From Nemertoderma westbladi (taxonomy: Eukaryota; Animalia; Xenacoelomorpha): DNA of 64,000 nucleotides. The position numbers were made by a program, and so were the translations under genes. The stretch is from positions 38,200-102,199 of the forward strand of contig JAUCBJ010003419.1 in NCBI GenBank assembly GCA_032718475.1, read 5' to 3'. The notes under the pieces were generated by a model. It did not search any database. It was not told the origin of the DNA and saw only the letters and a list, made by a program, of their open reading frames with translations. Below are positions 47,401-61,238 of the stretch, one piece after another (position 1 is the stretch's first letter; each line of letters starts with the position of its first letter).

Positions 47401-50400
47401 GTTTACACCAGTCCCACTCACCTACCTCGGCTATTTGTTTACACCAGTCCCACTCACCTACCTCAGCTATTTGTTTACACCAGTCCCACTCACCTACCTC
47501 AGCTATTTGTTTACACCAGTCCCACTCACCTACCTCGGCTATTTGTTTACACCAGTCCCACTCACCTACCTCGGCTATTCGTTTACACCAGTCCCACTCA
47601 CCTACCTCGGCTATTTGTTTACACCAGTCCCAGTCACCTACCTCAGCTATTTGTTTACACCAATCCCACTCACATACCTCAGCTATTTGTTTACACCAGT
47701 CCCACTCACCTACATCAGCTATTTGTTTACACCAGTCCCACTCACCTACCTCAGCTATTTGTTTACACCAGTCCCACTCACCTACCTCAGCTATTTGTTT
47801 ACACCAGTCCCACTCACCTACCTCAGCTATTTGTTTACACCAGTCCCACTCACCTACCTCGGCTATTTGTTTACACCAGTCCCACTCACCTACCTCGGCT
47901 ATTCGTTTACACCAGTCCCACTCACCTACCTCAGCTATTTGTTTACACCAGTCCCACTCACCTACCTCGGCTATTCGTTTACACCAGTCCCACTCACCTA
48001 CCTCAGCTATTCGTTTACACCAGTCCCACTCACCTACCTCGGCTATTTGTTTACACCAGTCCCACACACCTACCTCAGCTATTTGTTTACACCAGTCCCA
48101 CTCACCTACCTCAGCTATTTGTTTACACCAGTCCCACTCACCTACCTCGGCTATTTGTTTACACCAGTCCCACTCACCTACCTCGGCTATTCGTTTACAC
48201 CAGTCCCACTCACCTACCTCAGCTATTTGTTTACACCAGTCCCACTCACCTACCTCAGCTATTTGTTTACACCAGTCCCACTCACCTACCTCAGCTATTT
48301 GTTTACACCAGTCCCACTCACCTACCTCAGCTATTTGTTTACACCAGTCCCACTCACCTACCTCGGCTATTTGTTTACACCAGTCCCACTCACCTACCTC
48401 GGCTATTCGTTTACACCAGTCCCACTCACCTACCTCGGCTATTTGTTTACACCAGTCCCAGTCACCTACCTCAGCTATTTGTTTACACCAATCCCACTCA
48501 CATACCTCAGCTATTTGTTTACACCAGTCCCACTCACCTACATCAGCTATTTGTTTACACCAGTCCCACTCACCTACCTCAGCTATTTGTTTACACCAGT
48601 CCCAATCACCTACCTCAGCTATTTGTTTACACCAGTCCCACTCACCTACCTCGGCTATTTGTTTACACCAGTCCCACTCACCTACCGCAGCTATTTGTTT
48701 ACACCAGTCCCACTCACCTACCTCAGCTATTTGTTTACACCAGTCCCACTCACCTACCTCAGCTATTTGTTTACACCAGTCCCACTCACCTACCTCAGCT
48801 ATTTGTTTACACCAGTCCCACTCACCTACCGCAGCTATTTGTTTACACCAGTCCCACTCACCTACCTCAGCTATTTGTTTACACCAGTCCCACTCACCTA
48901 CCTCAGCTATTTGTTTACACCAGTCCCACTCACCTACCTCAGCTATTTGTTTACACCAGTCCCACTCACCTACCTCAGCTATTTGTTTACACCAGTCCCA
49001 CTCACCTACCTCAGCTATTTGTTTACACCAGTCCCACTCACCTACCTCAGCTATTTGTTTACACCAGTCCCACTCACCTACCTCGGCTATTTGTTTACAC
49101 CAGTCCCACTCACCTACCGCAGCTATTTGTTTACACCAGTCCCACTCACCTACCTCAGCTATTTGTTTACACCAGTCCCACTCACCTACCTCAGCTATTT
49201 GTTTACACCAGTCCCACACACCTACCTCAGCTATTTGTTTACACCAGTCCCACACACCTACCTCAGCTATTTGTTTACACCAGTCCCACTCACCTACCTC
49301 GGCTATTTGTTTACACCAGTCCCACTCACCTACCTCGGCTATTTGTTTACACCAGTCCCAATCACCTACCTCAGCTATTTGTTTACACCAGTCCTACTCA
49401 CCTACCTCGGCTATTTGTTTACACCAGTCCCACTCACCTACCTCGGCTATTTGTTTACACCAGTCCCACTCACCTACCTCAGCTATTTGTTTACACCAGT
49501 CCCACTCACCTACCGCAGCTATTTGTTTACACCAGTCCCACTCACCTACCTCAGCTATTTGTTTACACCAGTCCCACTCACCTACCTCGGCTATTTGTTT
49601 ACACCAGTCCCACTCACCTACCTCGGCTATTTGTTTACACCAGTCCCACTCACCTACCTCGGCTATTTGTTTACACCAGTCCCACTCACCTACCTCGGCT
49701 ATTTGTTTACACCAGTTCCACTCACCTACCTCAGCTATTTGTTTACACCAGTCCCAATCACCTACCTCAGCTATTTGTTTACACCAGTCCCACTCACCTA
49801 CCTCAGCTATTTGTTTACACCAGTCCCACACACCTACCTCGGCTATTTGTTTACACCAGTCCCACTCACCTACCTCAGCTATTTGTTTACACCAGTCCCA
49901 CTCACCTACATCAGCTATTTGTTTACACCAGTCCCACTCACCTACCTCAGCTATTTGTTTACACCAGTCCCACTCACCTACCTCAGCTATTTGTTTACAC
50001 CAGTCCCACTCACCTACCTCAGCTATTCGTTTACACCAGTTCCACTCACCTACCTCAGCTATTTGTTTACACCAGTCCCACACACCTACCTCAGCTATTT
50101 GTTTACACCAGTCCCACTCACCTACCTCAGCTATTTGTTTACACCAGTCCCACTCACCTACCTCAGCTATTTGTTTACACCAGTCCCACTCACCTACCTC
50201 AGCTATTTGTTTACACCAGTCCCACTCACCTACATCAGCTATTTGTTTACACCAGTCCCACTCACCTACCTCAGCTATTTGTTTACACCAGTCCCACTCA
50301 CCTACCTCAGCTATTTGTTTACACCAGTCCCACTCACCTACCTCGGCTATTTGTTTACACCAGTCCCACTCACCTACCTCGGCTATTTGTTTACACCAGT

Positions 50401-53400
50401 CCCACTCACCTACCTCAGCTATTCGTTTACACCAGTCCCACTCACCTACCTCGGCTATTTGTTTACACAAGTCCCACTCACCTACCTCAGCTATTTGTTT
50501 ACACCAGTCCCACTCACCTACCTCGGCTATTTGTTTACACCAGTCCCACTCACCTACCTCAGCTATTTGTTTACACCAGTCCCACTCACCTACCTCAGCT
50601 ATTTGTTTACACCAGTCCCACTCACCTACCTCGGCTATTTGTTTACACCAGTCCCACTCACCTACCTCGGCTATTCGTTTACACCAGTCCCACTCACCTA
50701 CCTCAGCTATTTGTTTACACCAGTCCCACTCACCTACCTCAGCTATTTGTTTACACCAGTCCCACTCACCTACCTCAGCTATTTGTTTACACCAGTCCCA
50801 CTCACCTACCTCGGCTATTTGTTTACACCAGTCCCACTCACCTACCTCAGCTATTTGTTTACACCAGTCCCACTCACCTACCTCAGCTATTTGTTTACAC
50901 CAGTCCCACTCACCTACCTCGGCTATTTGTTTACACCAGTCCCACTCACCTACCTCGGCTATTCGTTTACACCAGTCCCACTCACCTACCTCGGCTATTT
51001 GTTTACACCAGTCCCAGTCACCTACCTCAGCTATTTGTTTACACCAATCCCACTCACATACCTCAGCTATTTGTTTACACCAGTCCCACTCACCTACATC
51101 AGCTATTTGTTTACACCAGTCCCACTCACCTACCTCAGCTATTTGTTTACACCAGTCCCACTCACCTACCTCAGCTATTTGTTTACACCAGTCCCACTCA
51201 CCTACCTCAGCTATTTGTTTACACCAGTCCCACTCACCTACCTCGGCTATTTGTTTACACCAGTCCCACTCACCTACCTCGGCTATTCGTTTACACCAGT
51301 CCCACTCACCTACCTCAGCTATTTGTTTACACCAGTCCCACTCACCTACCTCGGCTATTCGTTTACACCAGTCCCACTCACCTACCTCAGCTATTCGTTT
51401 ACACCAGTCCCACTCACCTACCTCGGCTATTTGTTTACACCAGTCCCACACACCTACCTCAGCTATTTGTTTACACCAGTCCCACTCACCTACCTCAGCT
51501 ATTTGTTTACACCAGTCCCACTCACCTACCTCGGCTATTTGTTTACACCAGTCCCACTCACCTACCTCGGCTATTCGTTTACACCAGTCCCACTCACCTA
51601 CCTCAGCTATTTGTTTACACCAGTCCCACTCACCTACCTCAGCTATTTGTTTACACCAGTCCCACTCACCTACCTCGGCTATTTGTTTACACCAGTCCCA
51701 CTCACCTACCTCGGCTATTCGTTTACACCAGTCCCACTCACCTACCTCGGCTATTTGTTTACACCAGTCCCACTCACCTACCTCAGCTATTTGTTTACAC
51801 CAGTCCCACTCACCTACCTCAGCTATTTGTTTACACCAGTCCCACTCACCTACCTCAGCCTATTTGTTTACACCAGTCCCACTCACCTACCTCAGCTATT
51901 TGTTTACACCAGTCCCACTCACCTACCTCAGCTATTTGTTTACACCAGTCCCACTCACCTACCTCAGCTATTTGTTTACACCAGTCCCACTCACCTACCT
52001 CGGCTATTTGTTTACACCAGTCCCACTCACCTACCGCAGCTATTTGTTTACACCAGTCCCACTCACCTACCTCAGCTATTTGTTTACACCAGTCCCACTC
52101 ACCTACCTCAGCTATTTGTTTACACCAGTCCCACTCACCTACCTCGGCTATTTGTTTACACCAGTCCCACTCACCTACCTCGGCTATTCGTTTACACCAG
52201 TCCCACTCACCTACCTCAGCTATTTGTTTACACCAGTCCCACTCACCTACCTCAGCTATTTGTTTACACCAGTCCCACTCACCTACATCAGCTATTTGTT
52301 TACACCAGTCCCACTCACCTACCTCAGCTATTTGTTTACACCAGTCCCACTCACCTACCTCAGCTATTTGTTTACACCAGTCCCACTCACCTACCTCAGC
52401 TATTCGTTTACACCAGTTCCACTCACCTACCTCAGCTATTTGTTTACACCAGTCCCACACACCTACCTCAGCTATTTGTTTACACCAGTCCCACTCACCT
52501 ACCTCAGCTATTTGTTTACACCAGTCCCACTCACCTACCTCAGCTATTTGTTTACACCAGTCCCACTCACCTACCTCAGCTATTTGTTTACACCAGTCCC
52601 ACTCACCTACATCAGCTATTTGTTTACACCAGTCCCACTCACCTACCTCAGCTATTTGTTTACACCAGTCCCACTCACCTACCTCAGCTATTTGTTTACA
52701 CCAGTCCCACTCACCTACCTCGGCTATTTGTTTACACCAGTCCCACTCACCTACCTCGGCTATTTGTTTACACCAGTCCCACTCACCTACCTCAGCTATT
52801 CGTTTACACCAGTCCCACTCACCTACCTCGGCTATTTGTTTACACAAGTCCCACTCACCTACCTCAGCTATTTGTTTACACCAGTCCCACTCACCTACCT
52901 CGGCTATTTGTTTACACCAGTCCCACTCACCTACCTCAGCTATTTGTTTACACCAGTCCCACTCACCTACCTCAGCTATTTGTTTACACCAGTCCCACTC
53001 ACCTACCTCGGCTATTTGTTTACACCAGTCCCACTCACCTACCTCGGCTATTCGTTTACACCAGTCCCACTCACCTACCTCAGCTATTTGTTTACACCAG
53101 TCCCACTCACCTACCTCAGCTATTTGTTTACACCAGTCCCACTCACCTACCTCAGCTATTTGTTTACACCAGTCCCACTCACCTACCTCGGCTATTTGTT
53201 TACACCAGTCCCACTCACCTACCTCAGCTATTTGTTTACACCAGTCCCACTCACCTACCTCAGCTATTTGTTTACACCAGTCCCACTCACCTACCTCGGC
53301 TATTTGTTTACACCAGTCCCACTCACCTACCTCGGCTATTCGTTTACACCAGTCCCACTCACCTACCTCGGCTATTTGTTTACACCAGTCCCAGTCACCT

Positions 53401-56400
53401 ACCTCAGCTATTTGTTTACACCAATCCCACTCACATACCTCAGCTATTTGTTTACACCAGTCCCACTCACCTACATCAGCTATTTGTTTACACCAGTCCC
53501 ACTCACCTACCTCAGCTATTTGTTTACACCAGTCCCACTCACCTACCTCAGCTATTTGTTTACACCAGTCCCACTCACCTACCTCAGCTATTTGTTTACA
53601 CCAGTCCCACTCACCTACCTCGGCTATTTGTTTACACCAGTCCCACTCACCTACCTCGGCTATTCGTTTACACCAGTCCCACTCACCTACCTCAGCTATT
53701 TGTTTACACCAGTCCCACTCACCTACCTCGGCTATTCGTTTACACCAGTCCCACTCACCTACCTCAGCTATTCGTTTACACCAGTCCCACTCACCTACCT
53801 CGGCTATTTGTTTACACCAGTCCCACACACCTACCTCAGCTATTTGTTTACACCAGTCCCACTCACCTACCTCAGCTATTTGTTTACACCAGTCCCACTC
53901 ACCTACCTCGGCTATTTGTTTACACCAGTCCCACTCACCTACCTCGGCTATTCGTTTACACCAGTCCCACTCACCTACCTCAGCTATTTGTTTACACCAG
54001 TCCCACTCACCTACCTCAGCTATTTGTTTACACCAGTCCCACTCACCTACCTCGGCTATTTGTTTACACCAGTCCCACTCACCTACCTCGGCTATTCGTT
54101 TACACCAGTCCCACTCACCTACCTCGGCTATTTGTTTACACCAGTCCCACACACCTACCTCAGCTATTTGTTTACACCAGTCCCACTCACCTACCTCAGC
54201 TATTTGTTTACACCAGTCCCACTCACCTACCTCACCTATTTGTTTACACCAGTCCCACTCACCTACCTCAGCTATTTGTTTACACCAGTCCCACTCACCT
54301 ACCTCAGCTATTTGTTTACACCAGTCCCACTCACCTACCTCAGCTATTTGTTTACACCAGTCCCACTCACCTACCTCGGCTATTTGTTTACACCAGTCCC
54401 ACTCACCTACCGCAGCTATTTGTTTACACCAGTCCCACTCACCTACCTCAGCTATTTGTTTACACCAGTCCCACTCACCTACCTCAGCTATTTGTTTACA
54501 CCAGTCCCACTCACCTACCTCAGCTATTTGTTTACACCAGTCCCACTCATCTACCTCGGCTATTTGTTTACACCAGTTCCACTCACCTACCTCAGCTATT
54601 TGTTTACACCAGTCCCAATCACCTACCTCAGCTATTTGTTTACACCAGTCCCACTCACCTACCTCGGCTATTTGTTTACACCAGTCCCACTCACCTACCG
54701 CAGCTATTTGTTTACACCAGTCCCACTCACCTACCTCAGCTATTTGTTTACACCAGTCCCACTCACCTACCTCAGCTATTTGTTTACACCAGTCCCACTC
54801 ACCTACCTCAGCTATTTGTTTACACCAGTCCCACTCACCTACCTCGGCTATTCGTTTACACCAGTCCCACTCACCTACCTCAGCTATTTGTTTACACCAG
54901 TCCCACTCACCTACCTCAGCTATTTGTTTACACCAGTCCCACTCACCTACCTCGGCTATTCGTTTACACCAGTCCCACTCACCTACCTCAGCTATTTGTT
55001 TACACCAGTCCCACTCACCTACCTCAGCTATTTGTTTACACCAGTCCCACTCACCTACCTCAGCTATTTGTTTACACCAGTCCCACTCACCTACCTCAGC
55101 TATTTGTTTACACCAGTCCCACTCACCTACCTCGGCTATTTGTTTACACCAGTCCCACTCACCTACCTCAGCTATTTGTTTACACCAGTCCCAATCACCT
55201 ACCTCAGCTATTTGTTTACACCAGTCCCACTCACCTACCTCGGCTATTTGTTTACACCAGTCCCACTCACCTACCGCAGCTATTTGTTTACACCAGTCCC
55301 ACTCACCTACCTCAGCTATTTGTTTACACCAGTCCCACTCACCTACCTCAGCTATTTGTTTACACCAGTCCCACTCACCTACCTCAGCTATTTGTTTACA
55401 CCAGTCCCACTCACCTACCTCGGCTATTCGTTTACACCAGTCCCACTCACCTACCTCAGCTATTTGTTTACACCAGTCCCACTCACCTACCTCAGCTATT
55501 TGTTTACACCAGTCCCACTCACCTACCTCGGCTATTCGTTTACACCAGTCCCACTCACCTACCTCAGCTATTTGTTTACACCAGTCCCACTCACCTACCT
55601 CAGCTATTTGTTTACACCAGTCCCACTCACCTACCTCAGCTATTTGTTTACACCAGTCCCACTCACCTACCTCAGCTATTTGTTTACACCAGTCCCACTC
55701 ACCTACCTCGGCTATTTGTTTACACCAGTCCCACTCACCTACCGCAGCTATTTGTTTACACCAGTCCCACTCACCTACCTCAGCTATTTGTTTACACCAG
55801 TCCCACTCACCTACCTCAGCTATTTGTTTACACCAGTCCCACTCACCTACCTCGGCTATTTGTTTACACCAGTCCCACTCACCTACCTCAGCTATTTGTT
55901 TACACCAGTCCCACTCACCTACCTCAGCTATTTGTTTACACCAGTCCCACTCACCTACCTCAGCTATTTGTTTACACCAGTCCCACTCACCTACCTCGGC
56001 TATTTGTTTACACCAGTCCCACTCACCTACCGCAGCTATTTGTTTACACCAGTCCCACTCACCTACCTCGGCTATTTGTTTACACCAGTCCCACTCACCT
56101 ACCGCAGCTATTTGTTTACACCAGTCCCACTCACCTACCTCAGCTATTTGTTTACACCAGTCCCACTCACCTACCTCAGCTATTTGTTTACACCAGTCCC
56201 ACTCACCTACCTCAGCTATTTGTTTACACCAGTCCCACTCACCTACCTCAGCTATTTGTTTACACCAGTCCCACTCACCTACCTCAGCTATTTGTTTACA
56301 CCAGTCCCACTCACCTACCTCAGCTATTTGTTTACACCAGTCCCACTCACCTACCTCGGCTATTTGTTTACACCAGTCCCACTCACCTACCGCAGCTATT

Positions 56401-59400
56401 TGTTTACACCAGTCCCACTCACCTACCTCAGCTATTTGTTTACACCAGTCCCACTCACCTACCTCAGCTATTTGTTTACACCAGTCCCACTCACCTACCT
56501 CAGCTATTTGTTTACACCAGTCCCAATCACCTACCTCAGCTATTTGTTTACACCAGTCCCACTCACCTACCTCGGCTATTTGTTTACACCAGTCCCACTC
56601 ACCTACCGCAGCTATTTGTTTACACCAGTCCCACTCACCTACCTCAGCTATTTGTTTACACCAGTCCCAATCACCTACCTCAGCTATTTGTTTACACCAG
56701 TCCCACTCACCTACCTCGGCTATTTGTTTACACCAGTCCCACTCACCTACCGCAGCTATTTGTTTACACCAGTCCCACTCACCTACCGCAGCTATTTGTT
56801 TACACCAGTCCCACTCACCTACCTCAGCTATTTGTTTACACCAGTCCCACTCACCTACCTCAGCTATTTGTTTACACCAGTCCCACTCACCTACCTCGGC
56901 TATTCGTTTACACCAGTCCCACTCACCTACCTCGGCTATTTGTTTACACCAGTCCCACTCACCTACCTCAGCTATTTGTTTACACCAGTCCCACTCACCT
57001 ACCTCGGCTATTTGTTTACACCAGTCCCACTCACCTACCTCAGCTATTTGTTTACACCAGTCCCACTCACCTACCTCAGCTATTTGTTTACACCAGTCCC
57101 ACTCACCTACCTCAGCTATTTGTTTACACCAGTCCCACTCACCTACCTCGGCTATTCGTTTACACCAGTCCCACTCACCTACCTCAGCTATTTGTTTACA
57201 CCAGTCCCACTCACCTACCTCAGCTATTTGTTTACACCAGTCCCACTCACCTACCTCGGCTATTCGTTTACACCAGTCCCACTCACCTACCTCGGCTATT
57301 TGTTTACACCAGTCCCACTCACCTACCTCAGCTATTTGTTTACACCAGTCCCACTCACCTACCTCGGCTATTTGTTTACACCAGTCCCACTCACCTACCT
57401 CAGCTATTTGTTTACACCAGTCCCACTCACCTACCTCAGCTATTTGTTTACACCAGTCCCACTCACCTACCTCGGCTATTTGTTTACACCAGTCCCACTC
57501 ACCTACCTCGGCTATTCGTTTACACCAGTCCCACTCACCTACCTCGGCTATTTGTTTACACCAGTCCCACACACCTACATCAGCTATTTGTTTACACCAG
57601 TCCCACTCACCTACCTCACCTATTTGTTTACACCAGTCCCACTCACCTACCTCAGCTATTTGTTTACACCAGTCCCACTCACCTACCTCAGCTATTTGTT
57701 TACACCAGTCCCATTCACCTACCTCAGATATTTGTTTACACCAGTCCCACTCACCTACCTCAGCTATTTGTTTACACCAGTCCCACTCACCTACCTCAGC
57801 TATTTGTTTACACCAGTCCCACTCACCTACCTCGGCTATTTGTTTACACCAGTTCCACTCACCTACCGCAGCTATTTGTTTACACCAGTCCCACTCACCT
57901 ACCTCAGCTATTTGTTTACACCAGTCCCACTCACCTACCTCAGCTATTTGTTTACACCAGTCCCACTCACCTACCTCAGCTATTTGTTTACACCAGTCCC
58001 ACTCACCTACCTCAGCTATTTGTTTACACCAGTCCCACTCACCTACCTCAGCTATTTGTTTACACCAGTCCCACTCACCTACCTCGGCTATTTGTTTACA
58101 CCAGTCCCACTCACCTACCGCAGCTATTTGTTTACACCAGTCCCACTCACCTACCTCAGCTATTTGTTTACACCAGTCCCACTCACCTACCTCAGCTATT
58201 TGTTTACACCAGTCCCACTCACCTACCTCAGCTATTTGTTTACACCAGTCCCACTCACCTACCTCGGCTATTTGTTTACACCAGTTCCACTCACCTACCT
58301 CAGCTATTTGTTTACACCAGTCCCAATCACCTACCTCAGCTATTTGTTTACACCAGTCCCACTCACCTACCTCGGCTATTTGTTTACACCAGTCCCACTC
58401 ACCTACCTCGGCTATTTGTTTACACCAGTTCCACTCACCTACCTCAGCTATTTGTTTACACCAGTCCCAATCACCTACCTCAGCTATTTGTTTACACCAG
58501 TCCCACTCACCTACCTCGGCTATTTGTTTACACCAGTCCCACTCACCTACCTCAGCTATTTGTTTACACCAGTCCCACTCACCTACCTCAGCTATTTGTT
58601 TACACCAGTCCCACTCACCTACCTCAGCTATTTGTTTACACCAGTCCCACTCACCTACCTCAGCTATTTGTTTACACCAGTCCCACTCACCTACCTCGGC
58701 TATTTGTTTACACCAGTCCCACTCACCTACCTCAGCTATTTGTTTACACCAGTCCCACTCACCTACCTCAGCTATTTGTTTACACCAGTCCCACTCACCT
58801 ACCTCAGCTATTTGTTTACACCAGTCCCACTCACCTACCTCAGCTATTTGTTTACACCAGTCCCACTCACCTACCTCAGCTATTTGTTTACACCAGTCCC
58901 AGTCACCTACCTCAGCTATTTGTTTACACCAGTCCCACTCACCTACCTCGGCTATTTGTTTACACCAGTCCCACTCACCTACCTCAGCTATTTGTTTACA
59001 CCAGTCCCAGTCACCTACCTCAGCTATTTGTTTACACCAGTCCCACTCACCTACCTCAGCTATTTGTTTACACCAGTCCCACTCACCTACCTCAGCTATT
59101 TGTTTACACCAGTCCCACACACCTACCTCGGCTATTTGTTTACACCAGTCCCACTCACCTACCTCGGCTATTTGTTTACACCAGTCCCACTCACCTACCT
59201 CAGCTATTTGTTTACACCAGTCCCACTCACCTACCTCGGCTATTTGTTTACACCAGTCCCACTCACCTACCTCAGCTATTTGTTTACACCAGTCCCAGTC
59301 ACCTACCTCAGCTATTTGTTTACACCAGTCCCACTCACCTACCTCAGCTATTTGTTTACACCAGTCCCACTCACCTACCTCGGCTATTTGTTTACACCAG

Positions 59401-59507
59401 TCCCACTCACCTACCTCAGCTATTTGTTTACACCAGTCCCAGTCACCTACCTCAGCTATTTGTTTACACCAGTCCCACTCACCTACCTCGGCTATTTGTT
59501 TACACCA
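44460..59507 (-). repeat. ~15-kb tandem array of a 36-bp unit (~418 copies) derived from the exon/intron junction
   Basis: Sense-strand unit TGGTGTAAACAAATAGCYGAG|GTAGGTGAGTGGGAC; the first 21 nt are the end of exon 59487-59675. Confidence 0.98.
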
Positions 59508-59675
59508 TGTTGCCAATATCGAGGTTCCAATTTTCTCTTTATTTTCCCTCAAGTAATCCAATAGGTTGCCTAGCGACATAAGTTGTGTAACTAGCGACAG
59601 TCCCTGCGACGTCACTGATACTCCGAGTAGACGAGTTAAACTTGGGTGAAGCAACGTCGATATTACGTAACACGC
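59487..59675 (-). CDS. EGFR/ErbB-like kinase exon (equivalent to human exon 20)
   Basis: ACYVISTLLHPSLTRLLGVSVTSQGLSLVTQLMSLGNLLDYLRENKEKIGTSILATWCKQIAE; ttcag acceptor and GAG|gtaggt donor. Confidence 0.92.
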
Positions 59676-59833
59676 CTGAAAAAAGGAGAAACATAAGTTA
59701 AACATTCTTATTATTTTTTCTATTTGAAAAATTTTCTCTAAAAAGGAGGAATTTGTTTGGCCTTCATTATAATTTTTATTATTTGTTAAGAAATTTACTT
59801 TATTCCCGAATATTTCTAATTTCTTTACCAAAT

Positions 59834-61068
59834 GGGTCATTGTCACTAAAAGTGCCCCAAACAGACTTCGTTCAGTACCTTAATGTTGGAAGTTTCACAA
59901 AAACCAAATTGCAGAAAATACATTATGGGTGCTAAAAATTAATTTATATGGTAAAAATGGCTATTTTAAAATGTCCGCAAGTAAAGTACAGGTTAGATTT
60001 GTAATTGTTGAGGGAACAGTTTTCTAAATAGTTCTGCTAATGATGCATTATGGTCCACATCGGTTTAAAAGGTAAAGCACCTCAGCAATAACCGAGTGTC
60101 CGCAGATTTTGGCATATTTCGTGACCATTTCGTATCAGAAAACGAACTGCCAATGTGGATGAGATAGCGATTTAAAGTTGTCCTGAATTTAATACATAAC
60201 GCGAGCCTACTGTAAAGTTGTCCTGAATTTAATACATACCGCGAACCTACTGTAAAGTTGTCCTGAATTTAATACATAACGTGAGCCTACTGTAAAGTTG
60301 TCCTGAATTTAATACATAACGCGAGCCTACTGTAAAGTTGTCCTGAATTTAATACATAACGCGAGCCTACTGTAAAGTTGTCCTGAATTTAATACATACC
60401 GCGAGCCTACTGTAATGTAAAGTTTTTAGGACCGAATTGGTAATTACAACAATAATTTTATATCAATATGAATACAGCTAGGTTTGGCGGACACGATGAT
60501 TTGTCCTTCATGTAACGGTCGTATTATTATTTGTAATATCTTAGGAGTACATTTTGAGGTAAATAGTAAATGTTTATCGTACTCTTCAGCTCATTGCGCA
60601 TGTAATGATGTATAAAAATTTCCTAATTCGTTATCTGTGAAATATTTACAATTACAAGCATTGAACGAGATGCGTCCATTCATATAAACACGTCCACATT
60701 ACATGAACAACCGTTACATGACAGGAACGTCCTTCATGTAACGCTCCGGACACACTTAGCATTGTACCGAAGGGTGGTCCAATCAATCCATGTCTGGTTC
60801 AGGTATATTGCAGTATTGGAGCCTTTGGTCCCACAGTTAACTTCACTTCTGGAGTAGATTGTATGTTTATACGGACATTTTTGTTACATGAAGGACACTC
60901 TTTCAACCCTAACTTTATATTTTTATTTTTCTAAAGAGGTTGGCAACTACCACCATTGAGTTCATCTCAGAAAGATCTTTCAAATGATTTAAGTTTTCCA
61001 TATATCTGAGAACTTAATTTTTGGTCTAAAATCAACCTCGGTTTGGGCAGCTTTAGTAAGATTGACCC
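59834..61068. mobile_element. Non-autonomous DNA transposon with 4-bp AAAT TSD (possibly Sola-like)
   Basis: Imperfect TIRs: GGGTCATTGTCACTAAAAGTGCCCCAAAC on the left versus GGGTCAATCTTACTAAAGCTGCCCAAAC (reverse complement of the right end). AAAT on both sides; internal GTCCTTCATGTAAC inverted motifs. Confidence 0.6.
60173..60415. repeat. 40-bp minisatellite, 6 copies
   Basis: TAAAGTTGTCCTGAATTTAATACATAACGCGAGCCTACTG x6. Confidence 0.95.
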
Positions 61069-61238
61069 AAATTAATTATTGATCCCATCATGTTTACAGC
61101 ATATTGTAATTAAAAAAGGCTTAACCTATTATACCATAGAAGTTGCATTGTTTGTATTGGTTTCTATGAAATAATCACAACAAAAGGGAATTTGCCATTC
61201 CAGATTATAATTAGCTCAAGTTAAATTAAAGAACTAAC

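Noticed and set aside
44401-59486. De novo intron gain by tandem duplication of an AGGT-containing exon segment
   Set aside because: The intron position matches human EGFR intron 20, and a separate unique acceptor region exists.
44403-59581. 5,000-aa + strand ORFs (SAICLHQSHSPT / YLFTPVPLTYLS repeats)
   Set aside because: These are antisense readings of a stop-free 36-bp intronic repeat. The peptide switches at the 51860 indel, and there is no unique domain or gene context.
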